Assembly (NCBI GenBank): GCA_902764545.1
Contig: CACWWC010000005.1
Location: 192 to 64,191, forward strand
Reading direction: 5' to 3'
Length of the DNA: 64,000 nt
Source: an uncultured Erysipelotrichaceae bacterium
GTDB lineage: Bacteria; Bacillota_I; Bacilli_A; RF39; UBA660
Shown one piece after another: positions 1 through 8,949 of the stretch. Both the position numbers and the translations under genes were made by a program. Below the pieces are notes generated by a model. That model had not been told where the DNA came from and did no database searches. It saw nothing but the letters and a program-made list of their open reading frames with translations. Position 1 is the stretch's first letter; each line of letters begins with the position of its first letter.

Positions 1-93
1 ATTATTATCTATTTATTATTTTTTACTCGTTTAATATAATTATCCAAAAAAAAGAATAAATCATTATGATTTATTCAAATCTTATTAATTCTC

Positions 94-1176
94 TTATTTT
101 TCTATTAAGCCTATCTCAACACTATTAATTGAATCAAACTTCTTTGATATCTTATCAGTTGTGATTGACACATTTTCTATATCTTTATTAACAGTTTGAA
201 TGCTTCTAGATAGTTTATCCCATCTTTCTTTATATCTTGCAAACTCAAGTCCTAATTTATTCAACTCTTCATGAATAATTGAAGTATATTTATCTCTTTC
301 CATATTTTTTATAATCATCTGAATTACAGTTAAAGTAGATATTAAAGTTGTTGGACTAGTAATCCAAACATGTCTCTTATAAGCATAATTAATAATATCA
401 GAATGATAGGCATTAACCTCTGCGAATATAGCCTCAGCTGGTAAAAAAAGTATAGCCTGATCAGCAGTCTCGCCTGAAATAATATATTTACTACTTATCG
501 CATCAACATGTTTTTTCATATCAGATTTAAACTTCTTTTCATACATATCTCTCATATCTTGTGTTAATTTTTTATCAACCATCATTTGATAATTTTCAAG
601 AGGAAACTTAGAATCAATACAAATAGTTCCCAATGGATCAGGCGCAAACAAAACAGAATCAGCAATCACACCAGTTGATAAAGTATACTGCAATCTATAT
701 ATCTTATCATTATTTTCACCAAAAACATTAGATAGAATATGTTTTAAATTTACTTCACCAAAAATACCTCTAGCCTTCTTATCAGTTAATATACTTTGTA
801 AACTAACTATATCTCCACTTAAATTTTCTATCTTTTTTTGAGCCTCATCTATCTTAGACAATCTCTCTATTACACTCATAAAAGTTTTATTAGTTTTCTC
901 AAAATTTTGATCAAGTCTTTCATTAACTTTTTCATTAATTAACAAAAGTCTCTTTTCAATTACTGTATTAAGATTTCCAAAATCCTCATTCATACTTTTA
1001 CTTAAAGAAGATTGAAACTCATTCATCTCCTTTATAATTTCTACTTCAAGCCTACCAAGTCTTTCAGTAATCTTTGCTTCATTTATATTTTTAAAAAGAG
1101 ATAATATAACTAAGATAATTAATATAACTAATAATACAATAATAATATAATCCATAAAACTACTTCCTTTAATCAA
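94..1176 (-). CDS. rmuC: DNA recombination protein RmuC
   Basis: N-terminal TM helix, long coiled coil, and a C-terminal core with IDSKFPLENY and ILFLPAEAIFAE motifs typical of the RmuC family. Confidence 0.85.
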   Translation of the reverse strand: MIKGSSFMDYIIIVLLVILIILVILSLFKNINEAKITERLGRLEVEIIKEMNEFQSSLSKSMNEDFGNLNTVIEKRLLLINEKVNERLDQNFEKTNKTFMSVIERLSKIDEAQKKIENLSGDIVSLQSILTDKKARGIFGEVNLKHILSNVFGENNDKIYRLQYTLSTGVIADSVLFAPDPLGTICIDSKFPLENYQMMVDKKLTQDMRDMYEKKFKSDMKKHVDAISSKYIISGETADQAILFLPAEAIFAEVNAYHSDIINYAYKRHVWITSPTTLISTLTVIQMIIKNMERDKYTSIIHEELNKLGLEFARYKERWDKLSRSIQTVNKDIENVSITTDKISKKFDSINSVEIGLIEK

Positions 1177-1747
1177 TATTTAATTTTTTGCTTATTATTT
1201 TAGAAATTATATAAGCAAGTATCAAAGTAACCACAATATAAACGATAGAATAAATATCTGTTAAGCTAGAAATAATACTTTTTCCAATATACCCCCAAAA
1301 GAATATTGAAAAAAACTTTCCAATAGCTAAAGCCCCTATAAACTTTTTATCAGACATTCTTGTAATCCCAGATAATATATTTACAAGAAATGAAGGTGTA
1401 AAAGGTAGTGTAATAATTAAAACTAACTCACTAAATTTAATATTATTAAATTTATCTATACTAACCTTAATCTTATTAATTATTTTTTTATTTAGAAATT
1501 TATCAGGAATCTTTCCTTGTAAAAAATAGAAAAACTTGTAACATATATAACTACCAACAGATGTTGCAATCCAAGAAATAAAACACCCGATAAAGAAACC
1601 AAAAGCATTAACATTTAAAGCAACAAACACACTTAAAGGTAATGCGGGAATGAAACATTCTATAAAAACTAATAAAAAACCAGTCAATAACCCACCTGAT
1701 TCAATAATATCAGTACTATGTTCAATAATGTATTGAATTATATTCAT
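1169..1747 (-). CDS. DedA/TVP38-TMEM64 superfamily membrane protein
   Basis: 192 aa polytopic membrane protein with the size and hydrophobic pattern of SNARE-associated/DedA proteins. It overlaps the rmuC start by 8 nt. Confidence 0.55.
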   Translation of the reverse strand: MNIIQYIIEHSTDIIESGGLLTGFLLVFIECFIPALPLSVFVALNVNAFGFFIGCFISWIATSVGSYICYKFFYFLQGKIPDKFLNKKIINKIKVSIDKFNNIKFSELVLIITLPFTPSFLVNILSGITRMSDKKFIGALAIGKFFSIFFWGYIGKSIISSLTDIYSIVYIVVTLILAYIISKIISKKLNID

Positions 1748-1780
1748 ATCAACACCCTCAATAAAATTATACTATAAATT

Positions 1781-2020
1781 TTAACTTTTAATTAAATAAT
1801 TATTGTATCCACCTTCAATATTTACACAATTATACCCAATAGAATTTAATTTATCAACAACCATCTTACTTCTAAAACCAGTATCACAATAAATATAATA
1901 TGTGCGACTCTTACTTAAGTACATACCTGGATGTAACAACAATTCATACATTCCAATGTTTTTTGCATTTTCAATATGACCATTTAGATATTTATCATGA
2001 CTTCTTATATCTATATACAT
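1781..2020 (-). CDS. Single-domain rhodanese-like sulfurtransferase (start moved to an internal ATG)
   Basis: GHIENAKNI and active-site loop YCDTGFRS (CxxGxRS). The track ORF extends to 2071, but its first 17 codons (FFFF run) are encoded by the terminator T-run. GAGGTG lies 8-9 nt upstream of the ATG at 2020. Confidence 0.75.
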   Translation of the reverse strand: MYIDIRSHDKYLNGHIENAKNIGMYELLLHPGMYLSKSRTYYIYCDTGFRSKMVVDKLNSIGYNCVNIEGGYNNYLIKS

Positions 2021-2050
2021 AATAATATTCACCTCATAATTAAATAATTC

Positions 2051-2080
2051 AAAAAAAAAGAATCTAATCATTATAGATTC
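2051..2080 (-). terminator. Intrinsic terminator closing the large T4SS/Tad array
   Basis: Minus-strand hairpin GAATCTA-N7-TAGATTC (2060-2080) begins 6 nt after the stop of ORF 2087..3313. It is followed by a U9 run (A-run 2051-2059 on the plus strand). Confidence 0.5.
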
Positions 2081-2086
2081 CTATTT

Positions 2087-3313
2087 TTATTTAACTATAT
2101 AAGGTTTTTCTAATGTTCCTTTTCCACCTTTTAAAAGTATTTTACTATTTAAATATATAACAGGTCTAACTTTTGAATAGGTAGCCGCAACATCAGCTTT
2201 TAAAACTCCATCTCTATCCACCTTAAATACAGTTGAAGTATCCTTAGAATTTGCAGTAATTAACCACCACTCATCATCAATAGCTAGATAATTATAATTC
2301 ATACAAGATTTTGTACCAACATTCTTACAATTAGGATCTAAACTCGCATACATGTAATCAGATAATGTAAGTAAGCTCATTTTTTGATCTCTCAATAAAT
2401 CCTTGCATTCTAGAGAATTATCCTTCGCTTCAGAAGCATCATCTCTTTTTCCAACACATGCATTATGAGAAACAAGTCTTGCTTTATCACCTTTAGACAA
2501 AATATCTTCTCCATCATCCTTAACTGGATTCTTATATATTCTATCTAAATATTCTCTAATTCTACTTAAACTATACGTATTAAGACCAGATTCATAGAAT
2601 CTAGATTCATTATATCTATCATCCCAAGGTTGAGAGTATTCCAATCCATCTGCATGGATTAAAACAACATTATCATCAGATGTAACTTTTACAATTCTCC
2701 ACAAACTATTATCTAACTGAACATAGTTATTAACAAATTCTCCTCGGTAAACATATCCACTACCAGTAGAATACAACCCATCACCAGAAGTTACCACATC
2801 ATTATCATTAAGTATTTGTTTATATAATTCAACAGTAGTATATGAATCTCCACAATTTAAATATGGAGTATACAAATATTCTGAACCAGAACGTTCAACT
2901 TGAACAGAAGCAGCACAACTTGTATCAGAAACATACTCACTTAAATCTTTCATCTTACCTTCCGCAACTAAATTTGAAGAATCAATTTCAACTATATCTC
3001 CATCATCAACAGGTAAATTATCTGGATGATCCTTAAAGTATGACTTTGCAGCTGAAACAAGAACTTCTTCAACCTGATCATAATCATATTTTTTAGTTGT
3101 AAATAAAGACATTATAAACAAGATAAATAAAAGAATTAATGTTGCCCCAATAATAATCGCCATCATTGTTATCATACGTTTTTTTGCAGGACTTGAAGAT
3201 GTAGTACTTTTCTTTGGCTCATCATCTAATTCGATTTCTTCTATTTCTTCCTCAATCTCATCTTCCTTTTTAGGCTTTTTTACTAAATTTTCTTTTGAAT
3301 TCATAACATACAA
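2087..3313 (-). CDS. Membrane-anchored extracellular protein of unknown function; paralogue of 25113..26924
   Basis: Acidic N-terminus and a single TM helix. A conserved module (AAKSYF..D.LP...YLNCG) and a C-terminal beta-rich module (LWRIVKV, EWWLITANS, VRPVIYLNS, GTLEKPYIV) are shared with the 603-aa protein. Confidence 0.7.
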   Translation of the reverse strand: MYVMNSKENLVKKPKKEDEIEEEIEEIELDDEPKKSTTSSSPAKKRMITMMAIIIGATLILLFILFIMSLFTTKKYDYDQVEEVLVSAAKSYFKDHPDNLPVDDGDIVEIDSSNLVAEGKMKDLSEYVSDTSCAASVQVERSGSEYLYTPYLNCGDSYTTVELYKQILNDNDVVTSGDGLYSTGSGYVYRGEFVNNYVQLDNSLWRIVKVTSDDNVVLIHADGLEYSQPWDDRYNESRFYESGLNTYSLSRIREYLDRIYKNPVKDDGEDILSKGDKARLVSHNACVGKRDDASEAKDNSLECKDLLRDQKMSLLTLSDYMYASLDPNCKNVGTKSCMNYNYLAIDDEWWLITANSKDTSTVFKVDRDGVLKADVAATYSKVRPVIYLNSKILLKGGKGTLEKPYIVK

Positions 3314-3322
3314 TCCTTTCTA

Positions 3323-5752
3323 TTAATTATCAAAAAAATCATCAAAGAAATCATCATCATCACTATCATCATCAAGATTTATATCAACCTTATTATTTGA
3401 AGTGACATTATCGTTTGAACCATCCTTATTACTAGATGTACTATTTTTATCAATATCTGAATTAATTGAATTAGTAGTTGGCCCATTAGAAGAAACTTCA
3501 GTTTCTAATTTGCTGGTATTACCTTCTGAAGATTGTTTCTTCTCTTCATTTTGTTTCTTTTCCTCAGCTTCCAACTCAGCAATCTTCGCATCAATCTTCT
3601 TAACTAACTCATCAACATCAAATCCTAAATCATCATCAATATCATCTTTCACATCAGATTTGTTTGAAGACGGAATACCTAGAAATGGATTTGACACTGG
3701 TTTACTTTCAGATGGAGCAAAGGATGAACTTTCCATCTGCTTTTTAAATGTTTCAAAATCAGGTATTTCAGGTAATCCATCAGAACTAGACTTCTTTCGA
3801 TTTAGAAAATCAGGCACTCCACCATTATCTCTATTAGGCAAAGAAGCATTATTTCTATTCGAATTCAAGCCAGCCATAGACATATCAGAACTCATCCCTG
3901 GCACTTGTGAATCCGAATTCATTCTTGGGGAACTCATTCTTGGCATTCCTGGAAAGTTTGGTAATCCTGGCATTCCCGGAAAGTTTGGTAACCCTGGCAT
4001 AGATGACTTATCTTTATCATCAGACGAATTCATCATCTCAAGTAACTTTTTCTTCTTTTGATTTTTTACAAATTCTTTAATATCAAATGTATGTACTTCT
4101 TTCTTTGGTCTATGAGGATATTTTGCAGGAGGATATTTTTTCCCCCAATCAATTTTAAAGAAGGGAGTAAATTTTGTTTTAAATGGCTGTAAACGCAGTC
4201 TTAAAATAATTACTTCAAACTGTTTCATACGTTGCAAATCAGAAACTGTAACTAAAGGTGTAGAAGCAGTTTTATCATCTTTCTTAGACTTTACTTCACC
4301 ACATAATTTAGAAATTTCTTCTAACGCCTTTAGTTCTGTTGTAATAAGATAAATAGTATTACCACAGTTACCACGAATAGTTTCAGCATCCTCTTTACCA
4401 TACACATCATCTAGCTGAGCAAAGTTCTGAATAATCATAGTAAACCTTATTCTTCTAGAACGCGCAGCAGTAATCATTGTAGTAACATCTTTAAGAGGAG
4501 GCATGTTAGCAAACTCATCCAATAAAAAATTAGTTCTTACTGGTAATTGACCGCCATGACGTTGAGCAACACTGATTAACGTCTCATAAATTTGTTTTAA
4601 TAATATAGTAACCAATGAGTGATATGTCTTCTTTTCATCTTGAATTACGATAAAAACTGCAGTTGGTTTTTCTCCTATTGACTCAAGATCAATATCACTA
4701 TGAGACAACATTTCAGATAAATTCTCTCGAGAAGCAAATAATTTAACTTTTTGCTTAAAAACTGACAAAATACTACCTTTTGTTTCTGAAGGTGCCATAA
4801 TAGTACTAGATGCATTAATTGATGCTGCACTACTAGGGTCTTTAGCAGAAAAATACTCTTTTATATAAGTAGAACCACCAAATTTCTCTTCACCAACAGT
4901 TGTAGCAAGAGAAATACTATTAATATTAATTTCTTCAGGCTTAGCATCTTCAAATAATCCCAAAGCAACTCCTGAAAAATAGTCAGCAGATGTTTTTTCC
5001 CAGAAAGGATCCGCATTTTTATTTGAATCATCATACAAAATATTCAAAGCAAGGTCATCTAAAAGCTCTATTGCCTTATCCTGATTTCCAGATTTATACA
5101 TCTGGTAAGGCAATGTCATAGGATTCCAAGCATTACCACGCTGTGGATCACGGAAATTCAAAAGTAATATCTGATATCCTCTTGATCTCAACATATTACT
5201 TGTTTTTTCATAAATTTCACCCTTAGGGTCAGTTATAATCATTGATTCTCTAGCTTTAGCTAAGCTATAAACCATTGGTAAAACTACAGTTTGCGTTTTA
5301 CCTGAACCAGTAGCACCAATAACTAATGTATGATACTCACTATTATCAACCCACATTTCTTTTTCATTTAACAATATTGGCACTCCAGCCTCTTTACAAT
5401 TTTTCTGACTTATTTGAACACAAGATAATTCTTTTTTTACTTCTTTATCTTTTGCCCATCTTGAATATCCTTTATCACTCTTATTAGCAGAAATACCAAA
5501 CCCCTGTTCTCTTTCAATAAACCAAGAATTGACACTCATAAATAAAGCTATAATAGAAAAAATATAAAATACTATAGTAGACTTAATACATTCAGCCGAA
5601 AAAGCTGGGAAAGGATTAATACCACTTAAATGTCCCTCAACCGCAAAAACATGAATGTTAGAAACAACAAGTGCAACAATATATAATAAAAATATAGCAA
5701 ATATTAGAAATATAATTAAATCATCTGTATCTGCTCTAAACTTAAACTTCAT
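3323..5752 (-). CDS. virD4: Type IV coupling protein (VirD4/TraG/TraD family) with a long disordered C-terminal tail
   Basis: Two N-terminal TM helices, Walker A VIGATGSGKTQTVVLP, and the LLDEFANMPPL motif typical of T4CPs. About 235 aa of low-complexity tail ends in DDDSDDDDFFDDFFDN. Confidence 0.9.
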   Translation of the reverse strand: MKFKFRADTDDLIIFLIFAIFLLYIVALVVSNIHVFAVEGHLSGINPFPAFSAECIKSTIVFYIFSIIALFMSVNSWFIEREQGFGISANKSDKGYSRWAKDKEVKKELSCVQISQKNCKEAGVPILLNEKEMWVDNSEYHTLVIGATGSGKTQTVVLPMVYSLAKARESMIITDPKGEIYEKTSNMLRSRGYQILLLNFRDPQRGNAWNPMTLPYQMYKSGNQDKAIELLDDLALNILYDDSNKNADPFWEKTSADYFSGVALGLFEDAKPEEININSISLATTVGEEKFGGSTYIKEYFSAKDPSSAASINASSTIMAPSETKGSILSVFKQKVKLFASRENLSEMLSHSDIDLESIGEKPTAVFIVIQDEKKTYHSLVTILLKQIYETLISVAQRHGGQLPVRTNFLLDEFANMPPLKDVTTMITAARSRRIRFTMIIQNFAQLDDVYGKEDAETIRGNCGNTIYLITTELKALEEISKLCGEVKSKKDDKTASTPLVTVSDLQRMKQFEVIILRLRLQPFKTKFTPFFKIDWGKKYPPAKYPHRPKKEVHTFDIKEFVKNQKKKKLLEMMNSSDDKDKSSMPGLPNFPGMPGLPNFPGMPRMSSPRMNSDSQVPGMSSDMSMAGLNSNRNNASLPNRDNGGVPDFLNRKKSSSDGLPEIPDFETFKKQMESSSFAPSESKPVSNPFLGIPSSNKSDVKDDIDDDLGFDVDELVKKIDAKIAELEAEEKKQNEEKKQSSEGNTSKLETEVSSNGPTTNSINSDIDKNSTSSNKDGSNDNVTSNNKVDINLDDDSDDDDFFDDFFDN
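3942..4000. repeat. 27-bp tandem repeat (2.2 copies) inside the T4CP tail
   Basis: ggcattcctggaaagtttggtaatcct (3942-3968) is repeated at 3969-3995 with 2 substitutions, both silent in the minus-strand coding frame, plus a partial third copy. It encodes the duplicated PGLPNFPGM. Confidence 0.9.
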
Positions 5753-5809
5753 AATAAGACTCCTCTCTCTACCTATTATATCTTAATTTATTAAAACTGT
5801 CACGAGCAA

Positions 5810-6595
5810 CTAATTAGAAAATGATATTTTATAACCGTTATCATCATAAGTATATAACATATCTGTTTGTCCACCATCACTAAATTTGCTACAGCTTAAT
5901 ACTAATTCCAAAACTCCATCACTATTAATATCAAAGAAAAAATTATAAAATGGCTTACAACCGTTAAAATACTTATTATCACTTATATCTTTATAAATGT
6001 AATAAATATTATTATCCTTAACCATAAAAGCAATTGAAAAAGTTTTTGCAGAATCAGAATTAAAAGAAAATGCATTACTAATCAAATAAAAGTCTTCATC
6101 AACATTATCACCATTAACATCAATTTTAAATTTATAAATAGAACTAAAATCATCAAAAGAAGATATATCATTACTTTCCAAAACATAGCTGATATAATCA
6201 TCAATATCAGTATTTTGTACCTCAAAATTCTTAATATTTAAATCAAAATTGGCACTGTATGCAAACATATCATCAGAAATATCTACAGAATCCTTATTTT
6301 TATCAAAAGCATACCACTTATCGTTATACCATAAATAATAATTACCCAACTTATTTCTATTAGAATAAATATTATATTTTTTCCAACTTAATTGCTGCAA
6401 AGAAGATTTAAAAGTAAGATTAGTCCAATTACTATTTTCATATTGCCAAACAGAACTATCACCAATAATAATAATTGCCTTATTTTTCCCGGCCTTTAAA
6501 TTTTTTACTCCGAATAAAGAAAACATTATTATTAAAAATATTATTAAGATCATAAATAATATATAATAGTTCTTTTTTTTTGCCATTAAAATCAC
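5810..6595 (-). CDS. Membrane-anchored protein of unknown function in the T4SS module
   Basis: Single N-terminal TM helix and an extracytoplasmic beta-rich body ending in DINSDGVLELV (FG-GAP/VCBS-like). It abuts the hydrolase gene (6595/6596). Confidence 0.6.
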   Translation of the reverse strand: MILMAKKKNYYILFMILIIFLIIMFSLFGVKNLKAGKNKAIIIIGDSSVWQYENSNWTNLTFKSSLQQLSWKKYNIYSNRNKLGNYYLWYNDKWYAFDKNKDSVDISDDMFAYSANFDLNIKNFEVQNTDIDDYISYVLESNDISSFDDFSSIYKFKIDVNGDNVDEDFYLISNAFSFNSDSAKTFSIAFMVKDNNIYYIYKDISDNKYFNGCKPFYNFFFDINSDGVLELVLSCSKFSDGGQTDMLYTYDDNGYKISFSN

Positions 6596-8932
6596 CTACC
6601 CGACTTTATAGTATGCTAGCGTGGATGTATTTTCCCAATTGTATTGAGACCACATATCAGTAGAATCACTCGCAGGATCCATCATATTAATAGTAGAGCC
6701 GCTTACGCTATCTATTGCAACCCAGTGCTGACCAGTATTACCTTTAACTTCAGCAACAACATATATATTTTTTTGACTAACTAATTCCTTGATTTTATTA
6801 ATTTTTTCATCCTTACTAAGTCCAGAAAGATATACTCGATCTTGAAAAACAAAATCCGGAGCAACATTTGAAGTTGAAGCCCAAATAAAGTTACCACCAC
6901 TACCGAATCCTCCATTTTTATTTAAAAATTCAACAAAAGTACCAGGATTAAAAGGATTGATATTTGTTTTTACACCACTTTTAGCAATTAACATAGAAAC
7001 AGAAGTTACTAAACAACCAATCTGTCGAATATTTTGTCCAGAATTACCCATAGGGACAGAGCCCCATTGCTCATCACCTTGTCTCCATTTAGCATATTCT
7101 CCATTAGATACACAAACACCTGCACTACCACTACAACTTGCCTTTTTTAAATCAGTTGCCCCAGAACTACGTAATCCACCTGAACCATAGGTTTTCATTA
7201 AAATTTGCTTATAATCCAATCCTTGTTTAGCAAGTGAAGCCCAATAATTCTGTTCCTCCATTAAATAACCAGTGTTTATAATATACCCTTGACTATTAAC
7301 TAAAACTTCACCTTGTGTAGCTTCAGCTGCCTTCCTAATATCATGACCTTCAGGAAGAGCAGGCTTATGATACCACGCAGAAGGATCATCACCATCTACA
7401 GTATATCCACCTTCAGAGCCACCCCCCTCATCATGACATCCTTTATCTATATTACAATAAACTTGATCCGCAACACACGAAGAAATCTGTAATACCCATT
7501 GACCATTTTCTTGATCTAATTTCAAACTTCTACTATTTCCCATTGAATCAGGTCTTGAAAGTGCAAAACTTCTTGCCGCAACCATTTGAGTTTTATATTG
7601 TTCAATAGGAGCTCCATCACCAACTTCAGCATAAGCCACTCCCGCAACATACATCTCAAAATCGACAAGCTCATTACTTACAGGAGTACTATAACTACCA
7701 GTACCATATGGAGGAGCACACTGCATTAATCTAACCTTCAAATTAGATACAGAAATATTTCTAACTATATTATTTCCTCCACTAGAAAAACCTTTAATAT
7801 CATATGTACAACTTCCGAGTGAACCACAAGTCCCAGTTCCAGTATCAACCCTTCCTACAAATTCATTATACTGATCAATATAATCAGAAACCTCTTTAAA
7901 CATCTCCTCACGTTCATCATTAGAAGTCTTAGGTAAATAAGAAGGGACTATACTATTAATAAAATTAGTTTTAAAAGTCTCTTCATTATAAACATTATTA
8001 GATAACATAGCATCGGCCCAACTACGTATAGTCCCCTCACTCACATTATCATAATCAATATCAGCACCATTACTTTTTAATACATGATAAATTGAAACTA
8101 ACTTCATAGCATCAACAGACTTTCCTTGTGCCTGATATGACATTTTTACATTATTAATCGTTTCATAAAACTGTTTTTGTTCACTTGATGCTGCATCATA
8201 CTCTAAGTCCCCAGTTTCATCACCTAAAACAGCACTCATACCAAAAGCATCATCAAATTCTCCAAAAACACCACTGACCATTCCAACTGCACCAAATAAT
8301 ATAACAATAACCAAAATAAATGGAAGAAAAAGAATAAGAACAGATACAAGCACATGTTTTGCTAAAAAACTTACAATTCCCTTACCTTTTTTTTCACCAT
8401 CTTCTGTTGATTCATTGTTAGAACGCGAAGAAGGAAGAGAGCTACTCTGCTCTCCTCCAGAAGCATCTTTGGATGCTTTCTTAGCTTTATTAACTTTATC
8501 AGCGGTATTAGAGGCCTTTTGCATTTTATCATAAGTATCACTTGCTTTACTAGCAGCCTCCGTACCACTACTTGCACCAGAACCTCCACTAACTCGATTT
8601 TTTATACGAGCAGCTTCGCCAATTTTATCACTAGTGCCACTTTCACTTAACTTATTAGACATATTTTGGACATTTCGTCCACCAGGAGCCATTTTATTAG
8701 CCCTAGTCATGCCTTTTGCTGCCATTTCAGTACTCTTACCACCAGTTATTTTATCAGCAGCTTTAACTGCTGCACCGGCAGCCATAGCATAAGGATTTTT
8801 TGAAGCAATAGCAACATCAGCAGCATTACGAATATTATTAGCATTATTTTCAGTACTTCGTTCATCTTCTAGTTTTTTTTCATCGTCTACGCTATTAATA
8901 GAATCATTATTCTCTGCCACTGATATCACCAC
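6596..8932 (-). CDS. T4SS-associated multidomain cell-wall hydrolase (SpoIID/LytB-like plus C39-like cysteine peptidase)
   Basis: About 190 aa low-complexity N-terminus and one TM helix. SpoIID-like motifs QMVAARSFAL and SSCVADQVYC. C-terminal papain-like pair IGCLVTSVSM ... GQHWVAIDSVSGSTINMMDP. Its position matches PrgK/Orf14/CwlT-type hydrolases. Confidence 0.7.
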   Translation of the reverse strand: MVISVAENNDSINSVDDEKKLEDERSTENNANNIRNAADVAIASKNPYAMAAGAAVKAADKITGGKSTEMAAKGMTRANKMAPGGRNVQNMSNKLSESGTSDKIGEAARIKNRVSGGSGASSGTEAASKASDTYDKMQKASNTADKVNKAKKASKDASGGEQSSSLPSSRSNNESTEDGEKKGKGIVSFLAKHVLVSVLILFLPFILVIVILFGAVGMVSGVFGEFDDAFGMSAVLGDETGDLEYDAASSEQKQFYETINNVKMSYQAQGKSVDAMKLVSIYHVLKSNGADIDYDNVSEGTIRSWADAMLSNNVYNEETFKTNFINSIVPSYLPKTSNDEREEMFKEVSDYIDQYNEFVGRVDTGTGTCGSLGSCTYDIKGFSSGGNNIVRNISVSNLKVRLMQCAPPYGTGSYSTPVSNELVDFEMYVAGVAYAEVGDGAPIEQYKTQMVAARSFALSRPDSMGNSRSLKLDQENGQWVLQISSCVADQVYCNIDKGCHDEGGGSEGGYTVDGDDPSAWYHKPALPEGHDIRKAAEATQGEVLVNSQGYIINTGYLMEEQNYWASLAKQGLDYKQILMKTYGSGGLRSSGATDLKKASCSGSAGVCVSNGEYAKWRQGDEQWGSVPMGNSGQNIRQIGCLVTSVSMLIAKSGVKTNINPFNPGTFVEFLNKNGGFGSGGNFIWASTSNVAPDFVFQDRVYLSGLSKDEKINKIKELVSQKNIYVVAEVKGNTGQHWVAIDSVSGSTINMMDPASDSTDMWSQYNWENTSTLAYYKVG

Positions 8933-8949
8933 CTAACAACTAACTATTT

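Noticed and set aside
3402-4061. A 219-aa plus-strand ORF antisense to the VirD4 tail. Similar antisense or nested ORFs occur at 2842..3036, 6957..7190, 8371..8589, 11550..11852, 12038..12331, 14937..15251, 15656..16194, 18456..19405, 25631..25816, 30442..30645, 35527..35751, 37365..37604, 38812..39630, 41604..42851, 46506..46724, 49205..50129, 52766..53568 and 55164..55358.
   Set aside because: Each lies inside or antisense to a longer ORF with recognisable family motifs. The products are low-complexity mirror images of the sense protein, and there is no independent RBS or promoter evidence.
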